A stretch of DNA of 64,000 bases from Azolla caroliniana. Taxonomy: Eukaryota > Plantae > Polypodiophyta. The position numbers and the translations under genes are program-made. Where the stretch lies: contig JBHGNT010000012.1 in NCBI GenBank assembly GCA_043228905.1, positions 12,276,001 through 12,340,000 on the forward strand, in the 5' to 3' direction. Shown piece by piece: positions 22,618-34,492 of the stretch; positions within the stretch are counted from its first letter, which is position 1; every line of letters starts with the position of its first letter. The notes beneath the pieces were generated by a model that saw only the letters and a list, made by a program, of their open reading frames with translations, did not search any database and was not told where the DNA came from.

Positions 22618-25600
22618 GCCACTCCCCCTCGTAGTCGTTCTTATTGAACTCATATAGGAGTGTTGTATCTATTTGCCCTCAATTGGATAGACTCAAAGAA
22701 ATCCACGTTGATTTCTTCGTCCTCTTACACCATGCCGTCCTCGTTATGAAACCGTGCTCTCGAAAGCATATCGGCCATGGCGTTATCCTTTCAAGAGATG
22801 TGCCAGATCTACGAATTCAGGGATTTGATGTACGTGATCCACTCGAGCATCGCCATGTCTAGAGTTGCGCATCCGGAAACCATACCGAGAATCGGTAAGT
22901 AGTCCGTCTCTATGATTATGTCTGTCCCGATTAAATAGTCTTTGTTGGCCTTAACCACTGAAATGATACCCCATAGCTCGCGTTTAACTTAGGTGTATCC
23001 TCCATGCCACTCACTTAGCACCTTCACGTCGAACCGTATGGGTAATCGTGCGCCGTTCTTGTCTTCCTGATTTACGACTCATCCGATTTCGGTCAAACGT
23101 GTGTCCACTGTAATGTGCACCGGAGTGTCCAGCTTGTATACGCCTTTCCGGAAAGCCGGCGCGGCCATCAACATTTTCTTTAGTCCTCAGACTGCCTCGT
23201 AGTGTTCTACGTCCTATTTCAATTTCCGTCCTTTCTTCAGTAAGCCATAGAGCGGCTCGGCAATATGCGGGTAGTGCGGAATCCAAATGTGGTTGAAGGC
23301 GCACGCCCCCAAGAATCATCCGACTTTGGTTACCGACCCGCATTCTTCCTTCATAGCCGAGACGGCTTCTACCTTCCCCGGGGATGGTTTCCGACCGTAT
23401 GGACCGCACAGGTTTCCGACCACTAGGATCTCTGGTTGTCCAAAAGCCGACTTCTCCCCGAAGACGGTAAGCCAAGCGCCTTCGAGCCTCTGCAGTATCT
23501 TCTCGCAGTCAGTGATGTGGTCCGCAACAAACCTATGACATCCGTTTGTTCTTATTGATTCGTCCTTCGCATCCTCCAGACATCCCTTGATTGGAATGTC
23601 ATCCAAGAACGGCATGGTGATGTCTAGGATGCAGTCCCTCAAGACCTTGTTCATCGCATTAACCATGTGCACCACAGAATTAGTCCCTCCTTGCGATAGG
23701 GTACACATCCGAACTAGGCCAAGAGGGGTTTGCATCGTCGTGATGTCCTTGCTTTTGACGGCTAGCTGGAATTGGTCGTACCCTGAGTACAAATTGCCGA
23801 CTGAGTAGATTGACCTTCCAATGAAGGCCTCCGCAAACTCATCAATCGTCGGCCTGATTCTTGCATTCTGAATGGTCATCTTGTTGACCAGTTGCATGTC
23901 CTAGATGAAGCGCAGTGTGTCATTCTTCTTCGGCACCGTAAACCACTGATTCGAATACGGGATGCTCGACATCTCAAGGATGCCCATCTCCACTTTCTGT
24001 TTAACAGCTCCATTAGCTTCGGGATGTGAGCCCTCGGCACTAGAATTGGTTTGAGACTCCACGACACATGTGGTACCATGAAGATCACCATCAGTTCAAC
24101 GATAGTCAAGACTGCACACCCGATCTCCCCCGGTGAGAATGCAAAGGCTTTCTCGTGCCTTTTGAGCATCCTCCGAAACTAGTCCTCCTCCGCGGGTAGT
24201 AGGAAGACACCCCCACCAATCTTGAGCTTGCACAGCGTCTCGTCGGTGAACCGGTGTTCTATGCCGGCCAGATCTCGTAAACTCGGGTCTACCGTGACCC
24301 CTTTCATCCGTTCCTACTTGTCCTCCAGCAAGGGAGCCGCGACTGGCCTCACCTTCCGGTCCACAATCTTGTACTTGGTGTCAACTTGGGCCGTCCGGTC
24401 CGACCCGAACATGCTCTTGAAATCCGTGATGACTTCATACATGTCCACTGATCTTTGCTCAGATCCTCCTCGGCTACCTGTTGGGAGACAGGTCCCTCCG
24501 GATGGGAAGCGAGAATAGTGCCGACGAACAATCTCGGCCGAGGCCGATAGGCCGAGAAGACAACCGGAAGAGAAGTACCCGGCTACGGAGAGCCGGATGA
24601 TGCAGACTCGGTGTGAACCGGATGAGGAGTACCCGGCTACGGAGAGCCGGATGGTGCAAACCCGGTGTGAACCGGATGAGGAGTACCCGGCTACGGAGAG
24701 CCGGATGGTGCAGACCCGGTGTGAACCGGATGAGGAGCACCTGGCTACGGAGAGCCGGATGACGCAGACCCGGTGAGAACCGGAGGAAGAGACATATTCG
24801 TAAATATGTTTCTGAGAGCCCATCGTGGCTATATTTGTAAATAGCCGAAAAGTCATATTAGTATAAATATGACTTAGGGCAAATATGTGTTGTGTTGTTG
24901 TCATTTTCTTGTTGGTGCAAGAAGAAGAGAGAGCACGTAACAGTGTACAGAGAGAGAGAGAGAGAGAAAGAGGTCGCTGCCTCTGTTGTAACTGCTGCCT
25001 GTGGCGAAGATAGTGAGTACGAGGTCGTTGCCTCCGTGAACTCACTGTTTTGTACATTCCAACATAGTGATAGTTTGTAGCTTGTGGGCTGCCGTGGTTT
25101 TTTTTCCCTCCTTGGGATTTTCCACGTAAACATTCTGTGTACCTTTTCTCTCCTTTGTGTCGCATACATTTGTTTTCCGTTTTCTGTGTATGATCCTAAG
25201 CTCGGTTGTGGCCGAGCATTGTGCATAAGGAGCCTTGAGTTCCCGTCACTACCCTCGTGATTTCTCCAAGGGTGTCGTCGAATGAGATCGCGTCCATGGC
25301 GCCACCAATCTCATCATCGGGGCCCAAGGCGCCACATGCCCTCAAGTGTCCTTCGACCTGCCTCTTCTCCTAGCCGCTAATGCCGGTTATGGTACAACCT
25401 CCATTAACGGAGGCCTGGCCAAAGTTTTCTACCTATGGTACAGGTATGGGGTTTCTTCCGGTTGTCCGGATTATCATTGCCCCACACCTTGATAGCCCTC
25501 TAAAAATCCTCTCGGTCGTCGTTGCCAAGAAAATCGCAATTCCGCTTGTGGTTCGGCTGGATTGTCATGAACTGAACGGCGTGCCAACCATCTTGACACT

Positions 25601-26808
25601 TCACCCTTGCGTAGGCTGAACCATTGTCCAACACCTTCATTTCCATTCGAGTTGTCGTAATGCAAGGTTCTCCGAGGATGATCGAATGGGAGGACGTCTC
25701 CTGCACGAAGAAGTGATGGTCGATCTCGACATCCCCGACCTTCACTCGAACGTTCGGCCATGCCTCGTGCAGCTCCTCCGTGGTGTGGGTCGTCGCGCGT
25801 ATTTTCCACCCATGTTTGGTGTTGATTGGCCATTTCCCTTTCTTGTAGAACTGTATGACCATAAGGTTAATTTCAGATCCATGGTCGATCAAAGCCACCA
25901 CTGGTTCGTTGACGTTCCCGATCCAGACCGATGTCTCCGTTTTCGTTCTCGCCTAGTGCGACTTCATAGAGTGGTGGGCTGAGAACTCGTCTTCTATGGC
26001 AACCTCATCGATGTGTGTTGTTCTCACCTCTACTGGCTTCTCTAGCTCAGGCTATGTCGATAGCCGCTTTCATTTTACCAAATCCACAATGGAGTCGTGG
26101 AACTCCTTCTTTGCGATCCCTAGCACTTCCGATCCTCAGGGACCATCCAGAGGTCCCTCGTCCTCTCTATCTCTGAGCTCAATCGGAAGCTCGTCAGGTT
26201 CATCCCGTCCCGTGGGCATGTCAGACCTCCGTCATTCTTCTTCTGCGCACTGTGAGTATCGTACCGGCTCGACACTCTGACTCCTCCGCTCTTCTCCGCT
26301 TGTTTATCTTCTACCAGAACTTCATAGTTCTAGTATGGAACCTCCACGAAGCCAATCTTTTCTTCGATCGGCTCGCTCCACCCGGTGACTTCCTGGACCC
26401 GTTTCTCTGTGAGGTTCACCTCTTCCTTTCTCAATCTTACCCCTGACAGGCTTCTAGTGGCTAGAATTCGGAGTCAGCGCTCCTATAACCTCCTACCTGG
26501 ATCCCATTAGATGCCGAATAGTGGACGGTTTCGGTGTGCCACGCCGCAGCTTCCTCCATCACCCTTTTCATTCCACCGCGGCCAGTATTTTCCTCCAGGG
26601 CCCTTCACATATCATTGGCGTGTACCCGCCCATTCCAAAGGTACTCCAAGTTACTCTTAAGCGCCTCAACGAAGTCGCCACAATCCCTCCGAGCGTGGCC
26701 GACAGCGTCGCACCACATACACCTCTGGTCGAACGGCGGCCTCTGGTCGCGCGACTAACCCCCGTTGTCCCTCCGTGCTTGCGCAATCTGGAAATCACGC
26801 ACCATCTT
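22618..26808 (-). mobile_element. Decayed Phygy-like gag-PR-RT-RNase H internal region with a nested solo LTR
   Basis: ALIDHGSEINL protease (25500-25901), DEFAEAF...YSGYDQ...PFLDD RT (23316-23897); homologous to 42089-46586. Confidence 0.9.
24479..25248 (+). repeat. Copia solo LTR (770 bp), TSD CTACC, with a 54-bp tandem array
   Basis: TG...CA termini; CTACC on both flanks; about four 54-bp units at 24562-24790; TATA ~24862; (AG)n. Confidence 0.93.
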
Positions 26809-27281
26809 TGTTAGAGACATGAACTAATGTAAGCATTAGATAAGGATAGAATATAGATCTAGATAGAAAGGAGAGAGAGAAAGAAGGGTGCCGATCCAAT
26901 CGACCACCCCCGATCGAAGGGATCGAGACGGACTCGAGCCTCGATCGACGTCCCATACCATCGTCGTGGCGTCGAGTCGTACCTAGTGTTGGTGCGCTCG
27001 CTACAAGAGTTGACCCACCACAACACAGAGTCTCGACGTAGTCAACCAGATGATCAAATGAGGGTAGCTAGGCCTCTTATTTATAGCGATACCCAAGGCC
27101 CCCAGGCAAGTTCACACTTGGCCTAATGGGTTGTCTCAATCCCGAGGATTAAAAGTAATCCTCCCCTTCTTTACACTCTCATTTAACCCTCACACTTATC
27201 CACGTGTATAGAATACTACGGTAAATTCTCACCACGGGATATTATATGGTCATGCACGTAACATACTCCTCCCCCTCTTTA

Positions 27282-27449
27282 AAACATTGCACTCTTGCAA
27301 CGGAAAGTTAGGCAAGTTAGTTCTAAGAGTATTTTCGCGTTCCCATGTGGCATCTTTTATTGATTTATCCATCCATTTTATTTTAAATTCTCAGATTCCT
27401 TTAGTACGTAATTTAATTTTGTTTTAACATCGAGAATTCTTTCTGGTAC
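27282..27449 (-). pseudogene. Integrase C-terminal chromodomain (frameshifted)
   Basis: Manual translation: VPERILDVK...LRTKGI*EFKIKWMDKSIKDATWERENTLRTNLPNF. Confidence 0.82.
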
Positions 27450-28246
27450 CTATGGTTTAGAAGATAATTCTTCAAAAGTAACCAGAGTTTCAGTTGTAAC
27501 TGTATTGTCGCCAGAACCTAGAAGTTCTTTTAGACGACTCACATGAAAGACTGGATGAATTCCAATACCATCGGGAAGAGCGAGAGAATAGGCTGATGAC
27601 CCAATGTGTTTGAGGACTGTAAAAGGTCCACAAAACCGTGGGGCTAACTTAGCGCACTTACCCGTAGACAATGTCTTAGAATTGTGAGGTACACGTAAAA
27701 ATACCTTCTGTCCAGGGTTGAATACACGAGGTTGCCTATGATGGTCGGCATAAAAATGCGCTCTATCTTGAGCAGTTTTTATATTATCTTGTGCAATATG
27801 CAACATATCTTGCATATCCCGAAGAAAGTTTTGCGTACTTCGCAACTCATCATGATGTATATTAACATCAATCGGGGCTCGTGGCTGAAAACCATACATC
27901 AACATAAAAGGACTATATCCCGTCGACGTATGCTTGGAGCTATTATAAGCAAACTCCAAAATTGGGAGATAACGTTCCCATTTTGTTGGTTTTGCACCAA
28001 CGTATGCTCGAAGCATGTCCTCAATAATTTGATTTACTCGTTCTGTCTGTCCATCGGATTGAGAATGATCCGTGGAGCTCATGCTCAACGTAGTTTCTAA
28101 CTTCTTAAAGACTTGCGTTGTCGTGACGATTTTCGGCTACGGTGTGAAACCGAGTGAGACGAATAAACCAAGGATGTGCAACATTGCACATACACTTAGC
28201 AAATAAGCCTCCTAAGGCCTAGTGGCACTTGAGTTCATACAGAGGG

Positions 28247-28312
28247 GTGCAAGCAAGGTTTGAACCTTGCACCTCTAAGATACAAGATAATTGCCTTACC
28301 ACTAGGACAACT
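28247..28312 (-). promoter_or_regulatory. tRNA-like A/B-box cassette, antisense in U3 (second copy ~31121-31186)
   Basis: TGTCCTAGTGG (28309-28299) and GGTTCAAACCT (28266-28256), 43 nt apart; GCAAGG/CCTTGC hairpin. Confidence 0.68.
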
Positions 28313-28806
28313 ATCATATAGTGTAGATTTTATGTATTTCCTTTTCATATACAAATTATAGACGAAACAACCATAGAAAACCATGTGCACAAAACCATGG
28401 TTTTAAACCCATGGTTTGTGCATGACATAAGCAAAACCGTGTGCACAAAACCATGGTTTTAGCCCATGGTTTTGTGCATGTCACGAGCATGGAAAGACCT
28501 ATAAAAGCCTCTAGTTGGGCTTGTGTAAGGGGGGCTCAATATGTGATATCACCAACACCATTATCATCAATATAATTATATTTGTCTTTATCTTCATTAT
28601 TTTCTACTTCTGAAGTGTACAAGCTTTCTTCTTCTCAAGTGAACAAATTCTGTCTAATCTTACATTGATCGTCATCTCTTCAATAATTCCGCGAACATCC
28701 TCCCCAGTCCAAGACCCCGGTGGTCGCTCGAGTAGCACACGCACGCGCGAATCTTCGCGACATCATTTGGTGAACCCGACGTGAAGAGTAGCAGGGGAGG
28801 ACGAAG

Positions 28807-29796
28807 ATGGATGGCGAATATCTCATGGAGGCAATGTCAAGAAGGATGATGGAGTTTCTTAGAGAAGGGAAAAGAAGAAATGAAGCCCAACAAGCCGTCG
28901 ACAAGGTAGTCGAACGAATGAGCTATTTCAACGGTGCCGAAGTCCAAAGTTTCCTAAAAGTCTACAATGCGGAGATGGATTCAAGAGGTGTGGACAAAGC
29001 TATGAGGCTAGAGTACTTTTGTCGGGCGGTGTCTCAACCGATCTTCAAAGATGTAACAGACCTTCTAGAAGCTCATGATTCGTGGGCAATTTTCGAGAAG
29101 GCTCTATTGGAGGAATATGACTATGAGAGACTAAAGGGACAAGATCGACGCAACTTCGACCAATGGGTGACATCAGCGAAGACCCACCAAGGTGCGACAC
29201 AAGCATTCGTAGACTTCGAGCATCATTTTTCTCAATTGTCGGAGCGGGAACAAAGATTGGTGGGGGTCGATAAGGTCCTTATGTTCGTGAAGTCAATCGA
29301 TCGAATGGAAAGGACGGCGATCGGCCTCAAACTCGAAGAAGATGATGGTGCAAATGGCCTCATCGAGGATTGGAGCAAAGTGGAAAGTGTATGCCGACTA
29401 CACGATAAGGGGCAAGCGAGAATATCGACGACAACAAGACGGCCTATGAGGGACGATCGAAGAGGGACGAGATGCCACAACGCACCACCAACAAAAGAAA
29501 TGAAGCGTAGAAGGGAGACAAAACCGAGGCGAATGGTGATCAAGGAAGAAGAGACCTCCCAACAAATGCGGGTTAATGAAGTGGCCGATACAAAGGCTCT
29601 GGTTCGGTATGATGGTACCGAGAGAGAAGGTGTGAAACAAGTCACCTTCTTGTCTTACGAAGAAACGACGGCCAAGGAGGAGGCCGATGACTCGAGGACG
29701 GCGAACACCACTTCGAGGGAGGATAATGTTTCGGAACACGCATTGTGTACGAAACATCGGGTGATGAAGGCGCAAGCATTAGAAAATCTTGCATGA
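28807..29796 (+). CDS. gag: Truncated Gag (capsid-like part, no zinc knuckle) running into the acidic module
   Basis: 329-aa ORF starting 21 nt after the PBS; FSQLSEREQRLVGVDKVLMFVKSID homologous to gag at 42089. Confidence 0.8.
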   Translation: MDGEYLMEAMSRRMMEFLREGKRRNEAQQAVDKVVERMSYFNGAEVQSFLKVYNAEMDSRGVDKAMRLEYFCRAVSQPIFKDVTDLLEAHDSWAIFEKALLEEYDYERLKGQDRRNFDQWVTSAKTHQGATQAFVDFEHHFSQLSEREQRLVGVDKVLMFVKSIDRMERTAIGLKLEEDDGANGLIEDWSKVESVCRLHDKGQARISTTTRRPMRDDRRGTRCHNAPPTKEMKRRRETKPRRMVIKEEETSQQMRVNEVADTKALVRYDGTEREGVKQVTFLSYEETTAKEEADDSRTANTTSREDNVSEHALCTKHRVMKAQALENLA

Positions 29797-30890
29797 TCGA
29801 GGGAGATAAAGTGTTTGAGTCCGACGTGATTGAGGAGGTAGCCATGACAAACGACATCCAGTCGGAGGTGGCTATGGACGAGTCGACAACGGATAGCCAT
29901 GTCGACACTTTCTTCACGCTTGTTCCAGAGACTTCGACGGTTGCGCCCATGTGCCAACGTGAGACCGGAGAGACGGAAGGTGGTGACGGGAAGACGAAGG
30001 CCCAACACAAGGAGGAAGAAGATCGAGGAAGAAAGGATATCCCCACACCTATTCTAGAGACTTCGGCGGTTGTGCACGTGCGCCAACGTGAGACCGGAGA
30101 GACGGAATGTGTGGACAAAAAAGAGGACGACCGGAAGGGCGATGAAGAAGATAAGGTAAATGTGCATGAGCGAAGGGATTCCTTCACACCGGTTCCGGAG
30201 ACTTCGGCAGTCGAGACCGTGTGTCGGCATAAGACCGAAGATAAAGGAGGTGGCGAAGAGGAGACAATATGGCTCGCGGCGAGCATACATGGAGGGAAGG
30301 ATATGGCCGACGTGGAGGCCAAGGATGAAGCTGCGGTTGAGTTCCATGGAGAGGTTGCATGCGGGAAGGAAGGAAGAGTCGAGAACCGGTTGAACCGGAA
30401 GACGATCCGGCCGGGATTCCGACCCGAACGAAGGAAGATCCACATGGGAGCCGATCGACCGGGGCCGACCCGGCCGAAACCTGATTCGGCGAAAATCGAT
30501 CGGACGATTCCGATCCAAAAGGGGGCCGACCCAGCTAGAAACAATCGGTCGAGCCCGACTCGGGGAAATGTGAATGCAGACGAAGGCCAACCAAGTCAAG
30601 AAGCGATCGGTGGAGACCGATCCGGACAAGGGCAAACCCGGCCTAATCGGAGATCGACACGAACGATCTACAATACCCAGTTGAAGACGGTGAGCGTGAG
30701 AAGTGGGCAGGAGTCCAATCGAAGGACACGCACAGTGGACGAAGGAAGAGCGGTCGTATCGACGACATCGTTCGGTAGATCTACTACAACCGATCGGGGA
30801 AGAAAGTGTGAGCGCCGGATATGGTGGATCGGGTGGCTACGGTGGTTCGGTTGGAAAGATTGCGCATACTCGAAGTGGAAGACAAAGTAG
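29745..30890 (+). CDS. Acidic repeat and Arg-rich protein of unknown function, probably a frameshifted continuation of gag
   Basis: 381-aa ORF with three ETSAV/ETSTV repeats; homologues at 7045-7562 and 19500-20895 (minus). Confidence 0.55.
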   Translation: MYETSGDEGASIRKSCMIEGDKVFESDVIEEVAMTNDIQSEVAMDESTTDSHVDTFFTLVPETSTVAPMCQRETGETEGGDGKTKAQHKEEEDRGRKDIPTPILETSAVVHVRQRETGETECVDKKEDDRKGDEEDKVNVHERRDSFTPVPETSAVETVCRHKTEDKGGGEEETIWLAASIHGGKDMADVEAKDEAAVEFHGEVACGKEGRVENRLNRKTIRPGFRPERRKIHMGADRPGPTRPKPDSAKIDRTIPIQKGADPARNNRSSPTRGNVNADEGQPSQEAIGGDRSGQGQTRPNRRSTRTIYNTQLKTVSVRSGQESNRRTRTVDEGRAVVSTTSFGRSTTTDRGRKCERRIWWIGWLRWFGWKDCAYSKWKTK

Positions 30891-33800
30891 ACGAGCGTGC
30901 AGAGGAACTCGGTTGATCACCGTTGCCAAAGATCTCACCTCTTCACCTTTCTCGGCACATACCGGAGGATGTGCGGGTTTGGTGGGGGTGGATGTCGTGA
31001 CGATTTTCGGCTACGTTGTGAAACTGAGTGAGACGAATAAACCAAGGATGTGCAACATTGCACATACACTTAGCAAATAAGCCTCCTAAGGCCTAGTGGC
31101 ACTTGAGTTCATACAGAGGGGTGCAAGCAAGGTTTGAACCTTGCACCTCTAAGATACAAGATAATTGCCTTACCACTAGGACAACTATCATATAGTGTAG
31201 ATTTTATGTATTTCCTTTTCATATACAAATTATAGACGAAACAACCATAAAAAACCATGTGCACAAAACCATGGTTTTAAACCCATGGTTTGTGCATGAC
31301 ATAAGCAAAACCGTGTGCACAAAACCATGGTTTTAGCCCATGGTTTTGTGCATGTCACGAGCATGGAAAGACCTATAAAAGCCTCTAGTTGGGCTTGTGT
31401 AAGGGGGGCTCAATATGTGATATCACCAACACCATTATCATCAATATAATTATATTTGTCTTTATCTTCATTATTTTCTACTTCTGAAGTGTACAAGCTT
31501 TCTTCTTCTCAAGTGAACAAATTCTGTCTAATCTTACATTGATCGTCATCTCTTCAATAATTCCGCGAACATCCTCCCCAGTCCAAGACCCCGGTGGTCG
31601 CTCGAGTAGCACACGCACGTGCGAATCTTCGCGACAGCGTCCAGAAGTCACTAGTAAACTTTGGATCTCGATCACTCATGATATCCATCGGTAACCCATA
31701 AAAACGAAATAATTCGTCAACGAATTGGTAAGCCAATTTAGGAGCTATTACCGTGGTTTTGGTAGCAATAAATCTGGCCATTTTAGTTAGGCAATCAACG
31801 ACAACCCAGATGGCATCATGACCTTTTTGGGTGCGAGGAAGGCTAACAATAAAATCCATGGATATAATTTCCCACTTATTATTGGGAATGTCCAAGGGAT
31901 GTAAAAGTCCAGCGGCTTTAAGTCGCTCGGCTTTGTTAACCTGACACTGGTGACATTTAGTCACATAGCTATGTATGTCAGGACACATCTTAGGCCAATA
32001 AAATTGAGTGGAGATGAGAACGAGTGTATGATGTATTCCAGGGTGCCTTGCTGAGGGTGCATCATGCCATTAAAAAAGAATCCTCTTTTTGACCTCGGGT
32101 AAATCTGGAACACAAACCTTCCATTACAGTAGAGCAAACTGTTAGCAATGTGGAAGTATTCCTTCAAGGATGTGGTGGTGTTTGTTCCAGACTCAACTCT
32201 TGCCCAATATTTTGCAAAATAACTGTCATCAGGATACTTTCCTCGAAGGTGATCATAAAGATCTGATGTTATTTCAGTGAAGCTAAGCATGTTAACTTCA
32301 CAGATGCGACTTAGTGCATCAACGACAATGTTCATGGAACCTTTATGATATCGTATGGAAAAATCAAAATCCTGGATGAGATCATCCCATCATGCCTTAC
32401 GACCTTTCAAGTCTTGTTGGTCACAAAAATATTTCAAGGACTCATGGTCCGTAGTTACCACAAAGTGATTTCCATAAAGATAATGGCGCCATGTTTTGAC
32501 CGCATGTATAACTGCAAATAATTCCTTTTCTTGAACGGTATACCGACATTGAGCAGAATCAAGTTTCTTACTCTCGAATGCTATTGGTTTACCATCTTGA
32601 TATAAGACACCGCCTATAGCATAATTGCTTGCATCGGTTTCAACCTCAAAAGGTTTTGAAGGATCAGGTAAAAGAAGTGAAGGAGCCTTGCACACCAGGT
32701 CCTTTAGTTCCATAAAGGCGAGGTCTAGTATAGCATTCCAAACAATAGGTTTTGTAAACTTACGCCTTTGACCTTTTAGAAGATCAATAAATGGCATTGA
32801 CAATTGGGAGTAATTGCGAAAGGATTTTCGTAAAAACCCGACAAAACCAAGGAATGATCGAACTTCTCGAATATTACGAAGAGTGGACCAAAGCTTGATT
32901 TTCTCGATGCGAGAAGGATCAATTTCAACTCCTTGTTCAGTTATGAGATGTCCAAGATAAGTAATTGGTTTCTTGAATAACTCACATTTTGAGATCTTCG
33001 CATAAAATTGTTTGTCACGCAATGTTTGTAAAACAAAGCGGACATGTTTAGCATGTTCTTGTAATGTACTACTATAAACTAAAATATCATCCAAGAAAAT
33101 AACGACAAATTTTCCAAGTTGTTCTCAGAAAATGTCATTCATTTCTTGTTGAAATGTAGTTGGAGCATTGGTCAAACCAAAAGGCATAACCAAAAACTCA
33201 TAATGGTCATACCGTGTACGAAATGACGTTTTAGGAACATCGCCCTCACTTATACGAAATTGATGGGAGCCAGTACGGAGATCAAGTTTCGTAAAATACC
33301 GAGCTCCCTAGAGACGGTCAATTAGATCGTCAACCCGGGGCACTGGATACAAATTCTTGATCGTCACTTTATTCAAGCGTCGGTAATTAATACACATACG
33401 CCATGTGCCCTCTTTCTTTTTAACCAAGAGAATTGGTGCACCCCATGGAGATTTACTATAACGTATATAACCTATTCGTAAATAGTCCTTGAGTTGCTTA
33501 GATACCTCATCCTCTTCAGATCGACTTAAGCGATAACGAGGTATAATTATTGGTGCAATGCCAGGTACAATATCTATACGATGGTTTATATTACGTGTAG
33601 GAGGTAACCCATCTGGTAGTTCACTCGGAAAAACATCACGAAAATCATTTAAGATTTCATCAAGTCGTTGTTGTTCAAAATATGTTAATTGAACCGAGAC
33701 ATTATCGATATTGTAAATGTGAATGTCTGAATCAAGTACACAATAAAATAGAGTAGAACAAGACAACTCGGATATTGATGGAGAGGAAACAATCGAGAGG

Positions 33801-34492
33801 GATTGTTTTTTTACACATTGAATAAAATGAGTACAATCGTTCAGTACAAATGTTATTGAATGATGAACCCATTCAATAGATAAAGAAGATTTTTTATTAT
33901 AGAACCAGGGATAACCCAATATTACATCAGTGGTACAAAGATTCATTACATGGAATTCTACTTCCTCTATATAAGTATCAATAGAAATTCCTAATGAATG
34001 AATCGCCCCGTTGATGTATTGTACTCTTCCATCAACCAAGTGCACTGTATTGGTGTGATCACTTACAGTGGGTTGGATTCCCCATATCTGAACCAAACGA
34101 TCATTCACAAAGTTGTGTGAGCTTCCTGAATCAAACAAAAATTGTACAAGAGATCCATTTATATACCCGTTTGCACGTAGTAAATCATTGGGACCCAATA
34201 CATAGTGAGGGAAAGAACATTGACAATTACTAAATGATGTGTATAGACCTGAAGGACATTAGGAATCTGACCTTTATGGTCTGCAGCTTTAGCTTTGCTG
34301 TCGTGCTGTTCCCGTTGGAACTTTCGACATTGTTCTTTTGTATGACCCTTCTTTTTGCAGACTACGCAAAAAGGATGTTGTCGCTTACAATCGCGATCCA
34401 TGAATTGGTTGGGTGTCTTGCGTTTCCCAGCGAATTGCGTCTGCTTAGTCCCGGGCGCTTCGTTGGGTTTGTTGTGGTCCTTCTTCGAAGTG

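Larger units (their letters stand above)
28119..31636 (+). mobile_element. Young non-autonomous Phygy-like element, TSD GCGT, inserted in the chromovirus integrase
   Basis: 644-bp LTRs 28119-28762 and 30993-31636 with about four visible differences; Trp PBS 28768-28785; PPT ~30978-30992. Confidence 0.96.
26809..34492 (-). mobile_element. Chromovirus (Tcn1-like) gypsy element: gag end-PR-RT-RNase H-integrase-chromodomain, PPT, 3' LTR 26809-27263; 5' end lost
   Basis: ORFs 33308-34198, 32390-33094, 31637-31988 and 27450-28088 (RFCGPF); PPT AAAGAGGGGGAGGAGTA at 27264-27280. Confidence 0.94.

Noticed and set aside
24562-24790. CRISPR-like regularly spaced repeats
   Set aside because: Head-to-tail 54-bp units with no unique spacers, inside a TSD-flanked solo LTR; no cas genes.
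13728-27263. LTRs at 13728 and 26809 as the two ends of one element
   Set aside because: They are inverted relative to each other and each has its own internal region.
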